A stretch of DNA of 64,000 nucleotides from IMG/VR virus record IMGVR_UViG_3300002835_000015, positions 94,799 to 158,798 of that record, one strand, 5' to 3'. Of this stretch, positions 20,198 to 31,294 are shown one piece after another (position 1 is the first letter of the stretch; each line of letters begins with the position of its first letter). The translations under genes were made by a program, and so were the position numbers. Below the pieces are notes generated by a model. That model ran no database searches and was not told the DNA's origin. It saw nothing but the letters and a program-made list of their open reading frames with translations. The stretch is from a virus.

Positions 20198-22330
20198 TCA
20201 CAGTGAGTTAAGAACAGTTTGGGCCTTCAGGCCCGATTCAATAGTATCGATATAGTCAGCAACAAGCTTCCTATCAGCATCATTCCAAGGAATCGAAAGC
20301 AGTCTGAGCATAGGATACTTCTTCATTTCCTTGTCAAACTTGCTAGCGAACTTATTATCATCGAGTTTCACATCGCTAAAACTAACCTTCTCAACATTGG
20401 GCAACATCTTTGACATGCTGTAAATCATATTCATTTCTGTTGCAATGTTATTAATGTTGGAGCAATATTCGTTGTATTCATTAATGATGTTCTTGACTTC
20501 GCTATTAGAAGTCATCGTAATGATATCCTTCCATCGATCATATCGCTCATTTGAAAGTGGAACCCTACGATTAACATTAATAATATTTTGCTTGTTGGTC
20601 TTTGTGGCATGATCAAAAACTTTTTCAAGTACGTTAACACCACGGGTCCAGTTACCACGCTCATCAAGCTTCCTATTCTTTACAACGGATGGCTTGACAA
20701 TATAAAACGTAGCATCTTCAACCATGTCAGAGTGATTCTTGCAAACATATTCAAGTACATTTTCAAGAAAACTGACATCAACTTCGTGAGAATCAATTTC
20801 AACAGAACCCTTAGACTCTGTGAAATAGTGAGCATTCTCATACTTTACGCTCATGTTGCAATCCTCAAAGCGACCAGTTTCTTCATTGAAAACCCGTGCC
20901 TGTACAACTGGACCAGAGTTTGTAAACCCATAACTAGAACGATTGTAATTAACTTTATCAAGAGTTGAAGTCAAGACAACATCTGTCCGATCAGCATCAC
21001 CAAGGATACCATACAAACGGCAGTTGTCAATAGTCTCGCTTTCCTTAAGCTTGTAGACATAGCAAGCCTGAGAGCCACCGTTCTCTTTCATGTACTGACG
21101 AATTCGACTAACTCCACCCCTAGTAAGGTTATCAATAAAAAACTTTGTGTGAGTATTAAAGACAATACGCTCAACACCGTACTTAATATCAACCTTAGAA
21201 CGATACTGGGACTTTTCCATCAAGTTAATACCACTATCTTTAGCATTGATATACTCTCCAGCAACGCTATCAAAAAGCTTCATATCATTCCAAGTGATAG
21301 ACTTTTGAAGAGACTGAACAGCAGTATTGATAGACGAACACTGATTGCTAATCTGAACATACTTCATACGGGCCTTAAACAAAGAAGGCTGGCTAGCAAT
21401 TTGTTCTTCAATCTTAACAGCAATCTCGTTAATGATATTATCAATCATGCTAAGAATATTCTTTTTAGTGTCTCGACTATATGAAAGAGACTCACGACTA
21501 GGAGTAATGTCAACATCTCCAATATTCACAAAGATTCTCAGTCCGTTAGAATACTCAATAAATTCACGATGACGTTGGAAAGACTTGTCACCATTAGCAG
21601 TAAACTGGTTAACGTCAATTGGGTATGAGATCTGACCCATCACAATAAGATTCTCTCTGGCATTGTCATCAAAGTACCAGTTGGTTCCAGCCAGAACCTT
21701 ATCAATGCTACGGAATGAGGGCTTATAAGCCACAAAGTTTGGCTTTACCTTGAAATGTTCATAAACATGGTGCGATTCATGTTGAAATCGGTTGATATCA
21801 TACTCATTCACATTGATAGAAACCTTGATACCATTCTGTTCGCTGGTATCAGACTCGTCCATCAAAGAGAAGACGGGACTGCCGCTCTCATCCTTATAGG
21901 CAGTATAAAGCCTACGAGTACCATCAAGATAAGCCTCAACGGTAAAACTATCGGAGTATGCAAAGGGAGCCTTGCTACCCAGACCAAGACAACCAACCGC
22001 ATCATTGCTATTATTTCGGGTGCTACGGAAATACGTAGTATAGAGTTGCATACAGTTTTCATGATCCATGCTAGTGCCGTAGTCACGAATAGAGAATACG
22101 GGCGAGATGGCGGTGGGGATATGAACGTCAAAAGGTACGTTTGCCTTGCCAGCCTCAACGTGAGAATCGTAGGCATTAGTAGAGAGTTCACGAACAACTG
22201 CGAGAATCTTGTTAGAATAAAGACCGTCAGAAAGGATAAAGAATGCCTTAGACGATGCTTCGATGCTGAACTTGGACTCTTCAAACTGACCGGACTTCTC
22301 AATAACGTTCGTACTAGCGTGAAGTTTCAT
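20198..22330 (-). CDS. rIIA: RIIA-like protein (GHKL ATPase N-terminus)
   Basis: LYSNKILAVVRELSTNAYDSH, IRDYGTSM, GCLGLGSKAPFAY; adjacent to rIIB. Confidence 0.88.
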   Translation of the reverse strand: MKLHASTNVIEKSGQFEESKFSIEASSKAFFILSDGLYSNKILAVVRELSTNAYDSHVEAGKANVPFDVHIPTAISPVFSIRDYGTSMDHENCMQLYTTYFRSTRNNSNDAVGCLGLGSKAPFAYSDSFTVEAYLDGTRRLYTAYKDESGSPVFSLMDESDTSEQNGIKVSINVNEYDINRFQHESHHVYEHFKVKPNFVAYKPSFRSIDKVLAGTNWYFDDNARENLIVMGQISYPIDVNQFTANGDKSFQRHREFIEYSNGLRIFVNIGDVDITPSRESLSYSRDTKKNILSMIDNIINEIAVKIEEQIASQPSLFKARMKYVQISNQCSSINTAVQSLQKSITWNDMKLFDSVAGEYINAKDSGINLMEKSQYRSKVDIKYGVERIVFNTHTKFFIDNLTRGGVSRIRQYMKENGGSQACYVYKLKESETIDNCRLYGILGDADRTDVVLTSTLDKVNYNRSSYGFTNSGPVVQARVFNEETGRFEDCNMSVKYENAHYFTESKGSVEIDSHEVDVSFLENVLEYVCKNHSDMVEDATFYIVKPSVVKNRKLDERGNWTRGVNVLEKVFDHATKTNKQNIINVNRRVPLSNERYDRWKDIITMTSNSEVKNIINEYNEYCSNINNIATEMNMIYSMSKMLPNVEKVSFSDVKLDDNKFASKFDKEMKKYPMLRLLSIPWNDADRKLVADYIDTIESGLKAQTVLNSL

Positions 22331-22375
22331 AATTGCTAATCTCCTAAAAAGTGCTTAAGTGCTGTGTGTACTTTG

Positions 22376-22415
22376 AGTATACCAGAGTTATCGGCAGTGT
22401 CAAGCGGCCAGTTTA
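22376..22415 (-). promoter_or_regulatory. Nested sigma70-like (TTGACA-N16-TATACT) and sigma28-like (TAAA-N16-GCCGATAA) promoter of rIIA
   Basis: Minus strand TTAAACTGGCCGCTTGACACTGCCGATAACTCTGGTATACT. Confidence 0.75.
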
Positions 22416-22423
22416 ATTTTTTT

Positions 22424-22732
22424 TCAACGGTTGTCTTCTACACAGAAAGATATGGGTTCTAATGCAAAGTCAACTAAATGACCATCAATATATTCTGCCC
22501 ATTCATCAATAAAAGATCCTATGGTATCTATATCATCTGTGCAATATCTATATGAATTATAATCGTTTATAGAATCATCCCAAATCACTATAGAGTCATT
22601 GGTCACTTCTACATTCTTTATATTTTCTTTGAAGTGCTTTGCTGCTAATAACTCAAGTGGTGAATACCTATTATCACGCATAGCACGAATAATATCACTT
22701 TCACTCATTTCAAGCTTGATTTTCATTTCCAA
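22424..22732 (-). CDS. Hypothetical protein
   Basis: ORF track. Confidence 0.55.
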   Translation of the reverse strand: MEMKIKLEMSESDIIRAMRDNRYSPLELLAAKHFKENIKNVEVTNDSIVIWDDSINDYNSYRYCTDDIDTIGSFIDEWAEYIDGHLVDFALEPISFCVEDNR

Positions 22733-23358
22733 TCCAAAGCCTCACTAATTGTAGGGAATTGTTGTACAAAAATTTCTTTGCATCCATTCGCTATATCCAT
22801 ATGTTCCTTCTGAGTACCGCTTTTTTCTCTTAGTGCTATATACGTAATCCATGATCTGACATTTCCAGAAACATAAAGTCTGGTAGGAGTTGCTAGTGGT
22901 AATACAAACCTAGCACACTCTTTAGCCACCCCGTCTTTAATCATGTCATCGTATATTGATTTTGTTTTAGCGAAATGCTCACGAATTTTTGTATTCCATT
23001 TAACTCGTACTTCATCGCTAATGTCATCTATACTGTTTTGTCTATTTTTAGTATCTTGACGGCGAAGTTCAAATAACGGAATGTCTTCTGCTAACAATGC
23101 TGTATCGGCATAACGTTGGCTAAACTCTTGAAAAGTAAAGCTTCTGTGTCTTAGAATCTGAGCAGCAATACCTCTTGTTGTATTAATTTCAACAGTCATA
23201 AAGCCGTGCTCAAAAATACTCCAATGCTGATGCTCAATACAATATTTCAAAAGTTTAGCATAGTTATCGTTATCTTGTCCTTTTGGATTTGATACTCTAG
23301 CACAATATGCCATTAATTTTTCTGCATCGGGAGTAACGCTAATTAATTTTACATTCAT
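22723..23358 (-). CDS. thyX: Flavin-dependent thymidylate synthase
   Basis: HWSIFE, QILRHRSFTFQEFSQRY ThyX motif. Confidence 0.96.
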   Translation of the reverse strand: MNVKLISVTPDAEKLMAYCARVSNPKGQDNDNYAKLLKYCIEHQHWSIFEHGFMTVEINTTRGIAAQILRHRSFTFQEFSQRYADTALLAEDIPLFELRRQDTKNRQNSIDDISDEVRVKWNTKIREHFAKTKSIYDDMIKDGVAKECARFVLPLATPTRLYVSGNVRSWITYIALREKSGTQKEHMDIANGCKEIFVQQFPTISEALDWK

Positions 23359-23855
23359 GTTTTTTCTCTATTAAATTTATCTGTTCTAGTTTCCCACCAA
23401 AAATGCGCCATTGTTGTATCGCCATCAAAATATATTGGACAAAAATCTGGACGAAAAACGCTATTAAGATCACAGGCTATGCAAGTAAAAAATAATTGAG
23501 ATCTTGGATAACCATAATCTAAAAGTTTTTGTTCTATTTTCTTAAAATTATTTCCACTGAGACATCCGCTATCTACTACAATTAAGATATAGTATGGATC
23601 TAATTGATTTGGATGAATAAATGCTTCAAACTCATCTTTATATGGAATATTAACGGGTTCTATATCTATAGGCTCATCTTTATTTGATAATTTATGAGAT
23701 ATTAATTGAGCCACAAGCCCAGAATATTCATAACTTAATTGTAATATACCTATGCGACTAGACAAGTTAATAAGACTATTATGACGAATTTCATCGCATA
23801 TTTTATCTATACATTTGGTTTCCCATTCTCTATCAATAAATAAACTATTTTTCAT
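23355..23855 (-). CDS. Phosphoribosyltransferase-like protein
   Basis: LIVVDSGCLSGNNF resembles the PRPP-binding loop. Confidence 0.5.
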   Translation of the reverse strand: MKNSLFIDREWETKCIDKICDEIRHNSLINLSSRIGILQLSYEYSGLVAQLISHKLSNKDEPIDIEPVNIPYKDEFEAFIHPNQLDPYYILIVVDSGCLSGNNFKKIEQKLLDYGYPRSQLFFTCIACDLNSVFRPDFCPIYFDGDTTMAHFWWETRTDKFNREKT

Positions 23856-24393
23856 TATACTCTCTTTGGTGATCTAGCCACTTACCATTCGTATGATGAT
23901 TAAATATTGCCCTAGCCAGTTTACTAACGCTTGGAGCAGCACCGCTACCGCTAATAGAATTATCACTAGATTTTGCCCAATAATACTGAGCATCGTCTTT
24001 ATCTTTAATAGTCTCATATCCAAGACCTTTGGCCCACGATCTTATTTCTGTCCAAGTCATTTTTGTAATTGGTCTTCTGACCTTACCTTTTGCTTGTGGG
24101 AATACCCACTAGAAAATCCAGACATAAATGCTTCTTTTAAAAGCGGAATATCACTCTTCATTATGTTCTGGTTTTGTAGCCAATCGATGAACATTTTATC
24201 TTCGTCGCAAAGTTCTGGCCCACATAATTCATTATACCTATACTTTATGGTATTAAACATACTGTCTATGCATATAAAGTAGAAGTCATCTTTTATACAA
24301 GAATTTTCAAAATTCTGATGCCATCCAGATATTACCACAATATCTCCAGAATGGGTGTAAATTTTATCACCAATTTTTATACGCAAGGCTTCT

Positions 24394-25041
24394 TTAAATA
24401 TCATATAATTTTTCTTTTGCTATTATCTCATAATATTCTGGAGTAAATTCGCCTTTTCTCATAGCTTCATTGTACCAAGGCGTATCTTGTTTGTCAAACA
24501 GTATTCTGTGTTGCATACTGCTATTTAATCTTTTAGACCCATTTACCTCAAATTCCCAAGGGTTTTCTGAACCGTGGTTGATCAAGCAAGATTTAAAAAA
24601 CTCTTTATTCCATATAGAAGCTTGCATTGATATTGTATATAAACTATGCTGACGCAATGCATACATGTTTCCTATTATATGAAACTTATTATATAATCTA
24701 CTATCTTCATGAATTCCTAATCTATTTATTCCCTGCCGACATATTTGAATATACATATCAAATTGTGACTTTGGTATAGTTTTTCTCAAAAAATAATCAT
24801 CCTGTAACCATAATACGTACTCTGTATCGACTCTATCTAGAGCATACTTTAGACAATCTGAATAAGGTATTTTGCCCGGTAAAATAGATTTAAAACCATA
24901 GTCGTTAAATTCTAGGGTTTCTGATAAAAAATATCTTGGAATATCTATATTGTGGTCCCAGTATCTGTTGAATAATAGACCAAATTTGTTCCATAGGAAA
25001 TTGTATTTATCGCAAGTGCCGACTAATAAAGTAATGTCCAT
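24394..25041 (-). CDS. GT-A-like glycosyltransferase
   Basis: EYVLWLQDDYFL (DxD-like), SIWNK, PWEFE. Confidence 0.65.
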   Translation of the reverse strand: MDITLLVGTCDKYNFLWNKFGLLFNRYWDHNIDIPRYFLSETLEFNDYGFKSILPGKIPYSDCLKYALDRVDTEYVLWLQDDYFLRKTIPKSQFDMYIQICRQGINRLGIHEDSRLYNKFHIIGNMYALRQHSLYTISMQASIWNKEFFKSCLINHGSENPWEFEVNGSKRLNSSMQHRILFDKQDTPWYNEAMRKGEFTPEYYEIIAKEKLYDI

Positions 25042-25102
25042 ATTGATTTTCGTGTATAATTGTAATGAGTACTCGATTTTAGAACCTTATAAGGAGATTT
25101 TT

Positions 25103-25471
25103 ATGCCTTTTTCACCAACACAATCTGGTAACATGTTTCCCGGCAGAAACGTATTCTTCCCCGGCATTATAGCTGGTCCATCTACTGTCACTGGTACTAG
25201 TGGCATATTCATCCCATTTGCCGCATTAGAAAGTTATAATGTTGGTAATAGTGGTGAAATCGGAGAATTAGTATATTCAATAGTAGATAAGTTTGTAACT
25301 GGTTTAAACAATTTATCTGGTGTTCCTACGCTTGCAGATGATCTCCCAAGTAAGTTTAGTGCTTCAAGACAAACATCGTTAACTTCAGATAACACTGCCA
25401 CAAAAACATACTCAATGAGTTTTGATCTTAATGTTTCAAGTGCCAAGTATGATCTACAAAGCGAAGCATGA
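25103..25471 (+). CDS. Hypothetical (probable structural) protein, lone plus-strand gene
   Basis: AAGGAG RBS before ATG 25103; GTGTATAAT at 25052. Confidence 0.65.
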   Translation: MPFSPTQSGNMFPGRNVFFPGIIAGPSTVTGTSGIFIPFAALESYNVGNSGEIGELVYSIVDKFVTGLNNLSGVPTLADDLPSKFSASRQTSLTSDNTATKTYSMSFDLNVSSAKYDLQSEA

Positions 25472-25523
25472 TGGATAGGGTTTGATAGAGAACATACGTA
25501 TGTTTGGTTAAGAGGGCGAACTT

Positions 25524-26288
25524 TTAGTTCGCTCTCTTTTTTTGTATATGTGTCTTGATCCAATCTAAGAAGTTACTAATCCTCGTATGACAACCATCAT
25601 CATTATACGTTGAGTCTGGCTTTTTGTCAAGGGTTGTGACACAAGAATTTATACCAGCCAATTTGCCATCTATAAATAAACCGCCGCCGCTATCCCCGCT
25701 ACCTATTAAGAATTCAAGCTCTGTTCTATTTAATATAGAAGGACTGCAAATTAAAAGATCATTTTCTATTCTATCTATTTTATTTGATCCGCCCCTTTTT
25801 TTCTTGTCTCCATTCTGTATTCCAGTTATAAAAGTACCAGTTTTACCATAGCCAGCAATAGCGCATATTTTGTCAACTTCATTTGATTCTTCGTATAGCT
25901 TTGGATAAAATTCAAGCTCTATGTCTGATGTTGTATGACATAATGCTATATCTGCAAATCCAAATTGCTTCTCTTCAAAGTTTTCATGGCATATAATTTC
26001 ATCTATAACTATGATCTGTTTTTTCTTTTCGCTGTGTAAGAAAGCAAACTTAGAGTCTTTCACAACATGAGCCGCCGTTAATACCCAACGAGAATCTATA
26101 GCAACAGCAGAGGCTGAGAATAAACCATCATTATTATAAGAACCCATTATCTCTAATACGCAATCAAATTTTTTACCATATTCAATATATTTTTCATCTG
26201 GAGTATTGGGGTCTATTGTGCCAGCATATATATTAGATATTAAACCAATAAGAAATCCAACTACGAGGTTGTTGATAAGTTTGTTCAT
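25524..26288 (-). CDS. Secreted trypsin-like (S1) serine protease
   Basis: Signal peptide; WVLTAAHV, DIAL, GDSGGG. Confidence 0.88.
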   Translation of the reverse strand: MNKLINNLVVGFLIGLISNIYAGTIDPNTPDEKYIEYGKKFDCVLEIMGSYNNDGLFSASAVAIDSRWVLTAAHVVKDSKFAFLHSEKKKQIIVIDEIICHENFEEKQFGFADIALCHTTSDIELEFYPKLYEESNEVDKICAIAGYGKTGTFITGIQNGDKKKRGGSNKIDRIENDLLICSPSILNRTELEFLIGSGDSGGGLFIDGKLAGINSCVTTLDKKPDSTYNDDGCHTRISNFLDWIKTHIQKKRAN

Positions 26289-26595
26289 TATATGGCCTAT
26301 TCTTGATTTTGAGTGATATTTGTTCACAGTCAGTGACTACATTTGTATTCCAGCTTTTGTAGTCCATCAAATGGCCCAATAATAGATGACAATCAGAGCA
26401 TAATGTGATTAAATTATCTGGATTTAATTCATTACTTGGATCTAAATGATATGGTATTATGTGATGAACTTGTAGATCGTTTTTTCTCCTACACGCCTGA
26501 CAAATTGATTGATGTTTTAAATGTTCCTTCCTGACGTTAGACCACTTGGGCGATCTAGAATAGTCAGATATTTTATCTCTTAACCAATTAAACAT
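26233..26595 (-). CDS. HNH endonuclease
   Basis: CQAC...VHHI...NLITLCSDCH. Confidence 0.85.
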   Translation of the reverse strand: MFNWLRDKISDYSRSPKWSNVRKEHLKHQSICQACRRKNDLQVHHIIPYHLDPSNELNPDNLITLCSDCHLLLGHLMDYKSWNTNVVTDCEQISLKIKNRPYNEQTYQQPRSWISYWFNI

Positions 26596-26641
26596 AATTT
26601 TCCCATAAGATTAAAAAAACCCTTATATATATACACTAAAT

Positions 26642-26669
26642 AAAAAAGGGGGCAGCTTTCGCCACCCCC
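26642..26669 (-). terminator. Rho-independent terminator
   Basis: GC-rich hairpin (plus GGGGGCAGCTTTCGCCACCCCC) followed by T6 on minus. Confidence 0.55.
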
Positions 26670-26698
26670 TGATTCATTACTTATTAGGTAACTATTGT

Positions 26699-26992
26699 TC
26701 ACTCTTCACGAACAAAAGCCACGCCAAATTCACCCGGTGCTACGGGAGGTACAGTATCAACAGCAGTAAACTCCACGGTGGCTGGCGAACTTACATTGCC
26801 AGCATCGTCAACGTCTACTAAGGTTAAAACAACACTATCATTATCTGAGAATGATAGCTCACCAAAACTGGTGGTATTTGCTGGGAAGGGCGATGTTGAA
26901 CGAACTTCACCATTAACAGCCACTGAAAGTCTACGCTCTGAAACGTCACTATCAACAACTGGGCCAGCGGTTACATTATAAACTAGTGCCAT
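26699..26992 (-). CDS. Small Ig/FN3-like protein
   Basis: VDVDDAGNVS...DTVPPVAP motif; GAGG RBS before MALVYN. Confidence 0.6.
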   Translation of the reverse strand: MALVYNVTAGPVVDSDVSERRLSVAVNGEVRSTSPFPANTTSFGELSFSDNDSVVLTLVDVDDAGNVSSPATVEFTAVDTVPPVAPGEFGVAFVREE

Positions 26993-27518
26993 AGAAAATT
27001 CCTCTCTGTATAAAAAATCACACTTAAATGCTATAGGATAGATACTACGCATATCCATCTTTCGCAAAACTTTTAGATATCTATTAAATAGTCTGTCATT
27101 TAGCCATAAAAACATAAATCTACTCTGCTTTGTATGTTAGCTCATCTACCTTTTCCATTATTATACTCATCTTGTGCTCATTTACACTGTGGCTCTGATT
27201 AATTTCATTAAGTATGTCAATATATAGTAAATTTACCGATAAAGATGATACTAATATTGAAAGTAATAATGCTACAAATGTATATTTCATGAATAAACTC
27301 CTTAAGGTGGGATATTTTAGGTAGGCTACCATTTTATACACCAACCGGGGGGTTTATCGTTGTCTAAAATGGCTTTTCTTTCTTCTCTAAGTAGGGCTAT
27401 TTCTTTTCTTTGGGTTTTTACTTCCAGTTTTAATGATTCTACTATATTTTTAAGGGATTCTATATCCCTCAACAGTTTATTTATATAGTCATCTATATCT
27501 ACTGGAAAGTCATTTATA

Positions 27519-28103
27519 TTAATCTTCATCTATTGATCCATAATGTTTTACTGCCGCCCTAGCATTTTGCTTGTGGGTTACTCTCTCTAAATTATCAAGG
27601 CTATTATTAGACTTATTGTGATCTATATGATTGACGATGAATAACTCTCTTAGAAATACTTTGATAGATTCTGGAGTCTTTTTATAGTCTTTTGCATTAA
27701 TTTCTTTTGGTAGATTTTGATCAAATGGCTTCCAGCTATCAATTACTAATTTATGAACTCGACAATTTAATGATTGTCTTTTAGCTCCATATCTTCCTTT
27801 TGAGCTATATTCATAATCAAAAGTACCACAATCAAATGAAATATCCACCTTATTATATCCTTGCTTACATATACGAGGTTTTAAAAGTTTTTTATATGAA
27901 GTATCAATAATGCAAATACGATAACCACTTTTTTCCTCATTAATTCTTTTAAAATGAGAGTATATATTACCACTTTTTGAAACGCTGTATTCTTTTATTG
28001 GAATTCCATTCAAGATTACTGTGGTTAACTCTTCTTCATCGTCTACTTGATCTTCTGAAAAATCAAACTCTAGTTGATTCATTTGCATATAAAGCCCTCC
28101 CAA
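27519..28103 (-). CDS. HNH homing endonuclease (NUMOD4-like plus HNH)
   Basis: YSVSKSGNI, RVHKLV, VNHIDHNKSNNSLDNLERVT. Confidence 0.85.
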   Translation of the reverse strand: MGGLYMQMNQLEFDFSEDQVDDEEELTTVILNGIPIKEYSVSKSGNIYSHFKRINEEKSGYRICIIDTSYKKLLKPRICKQGYNKVDISFDCGTFDYEYSSKGRYGAKRQSLNCRVHKLVIDSWKPFDQNLPKEINAKDYKKTPESIKVFLRELFIVNHIDHNKSNNSLDNLERVTHKQNARAAVKHYGSIDED

Positions 28104-28378
28104 GTGCTATTCTAACACCAAGTTTCTTATCATAGTTATCTTCTGTGCTACAAATAGCAAGTCCATGAAAACGTTCGCCAGTAGGAGAATCAATAATAAC
28201 TTCGGTAGAGCCACCCTTGGTATCTGGGCCAATAATTCCATCAGTATAACCATAGACTCTCTTACCGTTTTGCCAAGCATGATATCCATTATAAAGACGG
28301 TTGTGAAAAACTTTTACTTTGTATCCATTGTCTTGCAATTCTTTGACAGTCATTATTCAACCTTTCATAAAAAAGTAA

Positions 28379-28465
28379 CGGAAGAAGTAGGATTCGAACC
28401 CACGGAAGTTTTTACGCTTCTTCTGATTAGTAATCAGATGCATTAGTCCACTCTGCCATTCTTCC
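28379..28465 (-). tRNA. tRNA-Ser(ACT)
   Basis: Cloverleaf with long variable arm, anticodon arm TCTGA-TT-ACT-AA-TCAGA, G73; own TTGACA-N17-TACAAT promoter at 28471-28499. Confidence 0.85.
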
Positions 28466-28500
28466 TACTAATTGTATCTCTATTAGTTGCTATTGTCAAG

Positions 28501-28848
28501 TGGAGGCGGCGAGAATCGAACTCGCGTCCAGAATAATTTCAATATAAACATCTACATCCTTAGTTAGTTGTTCTCGCACAGCTAACAAAGCTAACAGAAT
28601 TATCTGTGTCAGATTGAATACAATCATTACCCCCATTTATGTTTGGTGAGGATACCATATCCGATTATCGGAGTCAGCATGATTGGGCAATACGGTTCAT
28701 GCCACCGCACTCTTGCCTAACTAGGTCAGGCAGCGAGAGCGAAACGAGTTTCGCCAACTAACATTTTAATCGACTTTTATACTGGCCGGTCGATTAACCA
28801 GTGGATGCCATCTATATATCCGTTTACCTGTCGATACCTTTCGCCCCC
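28501..28848 (-). ncRNA. ssrA: tmRNA; tag (A)GETRFALAA at 28726-28755
   Basis: 5' GGGGGCGAAAGGTATCGAC and 3' GCGAGTTCGATTCTCGCCGCCTCCA form an Ala acceptor stem with G3.U and a T arm; internal ORF ends ALAA-stop. Confidence 0.93.
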
Positions 28849-29190
28849 TTATTTTAAGAAGTTTATTAAACCGCTTGGCCCATTATAGCCAATCTTCCTT
28901 CCCTTCTCTTTACCGTTTTCGAAAACCACAAAGGCAGGGATCGTCTTTATATTGTAGCCTTCAACGATGTCTTTGTCAACATCAAAATCTACGTCTACGA
29001 TGGTATAATTTTTTACAATCTCTGATAGTTGTGGGTCATTCTTCATATCATTCTTAGCTATGTGGCAGTATTTACACCAATCGGCGGAAAATATGATTAA
29101 AACCTTTTCGTTTGTATTATCAAAAGCAAAAACAGAAGCGATAGATATTAAACACGAAATCAAAAGGATAGATACTAGTGTATTTCTCAT
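28849..29190 (-). CDS. Secreted thioredoxin-family protein
   Basis: Signal peptide; FSADWCKYC, IPAF cis-Pro. Confidence 0.85.
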   Translation of the reverse strand: MRNTLVSILLISCLISIASVFAFDNTNEKVLIIFSADWCKYCHIAKNDMKNDPQLSEIVKNYTIVDVDFDVDKDIVEGYNIKTIPAFVVFENGKEKGRKIGYNGPSGLINFLK

Positions 29191-30212
29191 GCTATAACCC
29201 TCCAGTTGGTAAATAATATATTCTACCTTGAATATATATACACTTTTTAATCAATCATTATTATCAACACCACCCTCGTATGTTAACTTGGGTATTAAAT
29301 CATCATTTGTTTGTTCTACCTTTTTGATGGTGATCACCAAGAATGTATCTCCTTGGTGATTTCCACCATCCAGTAATTTTTTCAGAGCATTACATACCTT
29401 TTCGCATGTAAGTTCTGGATTTATTTTAAAGCAAATCATCTTTTCTCAATTTGACAGATTATTACTGTGACTATTGCACATATAATATATACTATACCCA
29501 ATATTGTCCAAGCGGTTGGTTCATTCATTTAAATCGACCTCAATTTCTGCACCATCAAATACCCAATGATCTATACTATCTATATAGTTGTGGGTTGGAA
29601 TTGGTTCATTTACAATTTTGAATTTAACGTCAAAAATTCCACTTATTCCTTGATTTTGATAAAGATACTTTATAATAGCATCCTTAACATCTTCATCGCT
29701 CATAGTTATATGAGTCTTGTTATTAATCTTCATGGTTCTCCATAACAAATTTTTTGCTTTGCTCATTAAATAGTTTAGATATTAGATAGAATCTTTCATT
29801 TTCTAAGTATTGAATTTGTTCGTTTATGAAATCTATTCGTTTCTTAGTATCTTGTATACCTATACTGTTTTCGTACTTTTCTTTCATATACTCATTTAGT
29901 TGTTGTTCTCTTTTACTCATTGGTTATTGCCTTTAGCTTTTTTGTGATATTCTCTATAGTTTTAATAACCGGTGCTGTTAATGCATAGTCTTTTTTATAT
30001 GCCTGTATAGCATCTATAATCTTCCAAGCCTCATTTTTAGAAATATCAATGTTCATACAAATAACCTGTCCTTTAGCAATTCTGCAATAGTTTCATTAAT
30101 ATTTATTCCGTTTACAACTATATCTTTGTTAGAATCATATTCATCAATTTCCATATATTTCATGGCATTATTGAAACACCAAAAGATAGCAAACTTTTGT
30201 TCTTTTGTGAGA

Positions 30213-30572
30213 TTACCATTCATTTCTATAAATTCCCGGTTGTAATCTTGGCTCATAAGGTTTAACAGTCCATCCCATCATCATTAAATCTAATTTAATT
30301 TCATCAGTAACAACCCCTTCGTTGCCAGAACAATACCAATCCATATATTCTCCACTATTGATTATATCAGCTACTATGCCGCCAGACATTCTCCATGAGC
30401 AAGTCCACTCTTTATCACCATAAAAGAATCTGTTATTGCACAAAGCCCCATATAGGTCTGTGCAATAGACTTGGCTATTAATACATTTGGCTACTATACG
30501 TTCATTATTAATGAGATCATATTCTAAGTCTGGCTTATCAAAAACTGCTTTTAGTGTACCATTTAAGTCCAT
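30213..30572 (-). CDS. Hypothetical phage protein
   Basis: ORF track; YMDWYCSGNEG motif. Confidence 0.6.
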   Translation of the reverse strand: MDLNGTLKAVFDKPDLEYDLINNERIVAKCINSQVYCTDLYGALCNNRFFYGDKEWTCSWRMSGGIVADIINSGEYMDWYCSGNEGVVTDEIKLDLMMMGWTVKPYEPRLQPGIYRNEW

Positions 30573-31294
30573 AGCGAACTCCTAATCTTAATTAGTTCAA
30601 TTAGTTTTTCAGTATCTTCTTCGTCATACTTATGCTCCATCTCATCAATTTTGCGATAGTAATACTTTCCGTCTTTTTCTTTAGTGAACAGATCATATGG
30701 ATTCGCCCTGTAGTCTCTATCTAGCCACCAATTGTAAAGTTCCAAAATCTTTTGAGAGGCTATTGCTTGTGCTGTTGCCTTATTGTAATCTTCATCATCT
30801 GGATTAAAACCATTATCTTCATTAAGTTTAAGGTCACAGGCCCAATTTAAATAGTCTAATCCTGCTTGTTTGCATCTTCCGTTAACAAACTTATAGTTAC
30901 GCTCTGGATATGCTTTCATCAAATGAGCCTGATCACTCTCAACAAAAAGAACTAACTCATTAAAAAGACCATGAAGAATACGATAGTCAAGATCATAATA
31001 CTTCCCCGGCTTTAGTCCTGTTCGTAAATAATGAAGTTTGTCAATATATCTGTTACGAACATAAACTTCTATGGTATAGTAAATATCCATAGGAAGATGC
31101 ACAATGTCCTGTAAAAAGTTTAGAACTTCTTCAGCAATCCAGTGTCGTAAAGGGTGTTTTGTTTTAGATTCTTGTCTCCAAGTTTCCCATTCATCTAAAC
31201 CTAATGCTAATGGCTTAGTGTTTCCCCTAATAAGGTCAGCGAAATGTGAGCAACTCCAGTAATTAATTCGGGATTGTTTTATAATTTTAAACAT
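30563..31294 (-). CDS. Hypothetical phage protein
   Basis: 243-aa ORF ending LIKIRSSLWT. Confidence 0.65.
   Translation of the reverse strand: MFKIIKQSRINYWSCSHFADLIRGNTKPLALGLDEWETWRQESKTKHPLRHWIAEEVLNFLQDIVHLPMDIYYTIEVYVRNRYIDKLHYLRTGLKPGKYYDLDYRILHGLFNELVLFVESDQAHLMKAYPERNYKFVNGRCKQAGLDYLNWACDLKLNEDNGFNPDDEDYNKATAQAIASQKILELYNWWLDRDYRANPYDLFTKEKDGKYYYRKIDEMEHKYDEEDTEKLIELIKIRSSLWT

Noticed and set aside
20219-22339. Plus-strand ORFs opposite rIIA and similar antisense ORFs throughout (e.g. 45827-46486, 47170-47733)
   Set aside because: Shadow frames of recognisable minus-strand genes, without RBS or motifs
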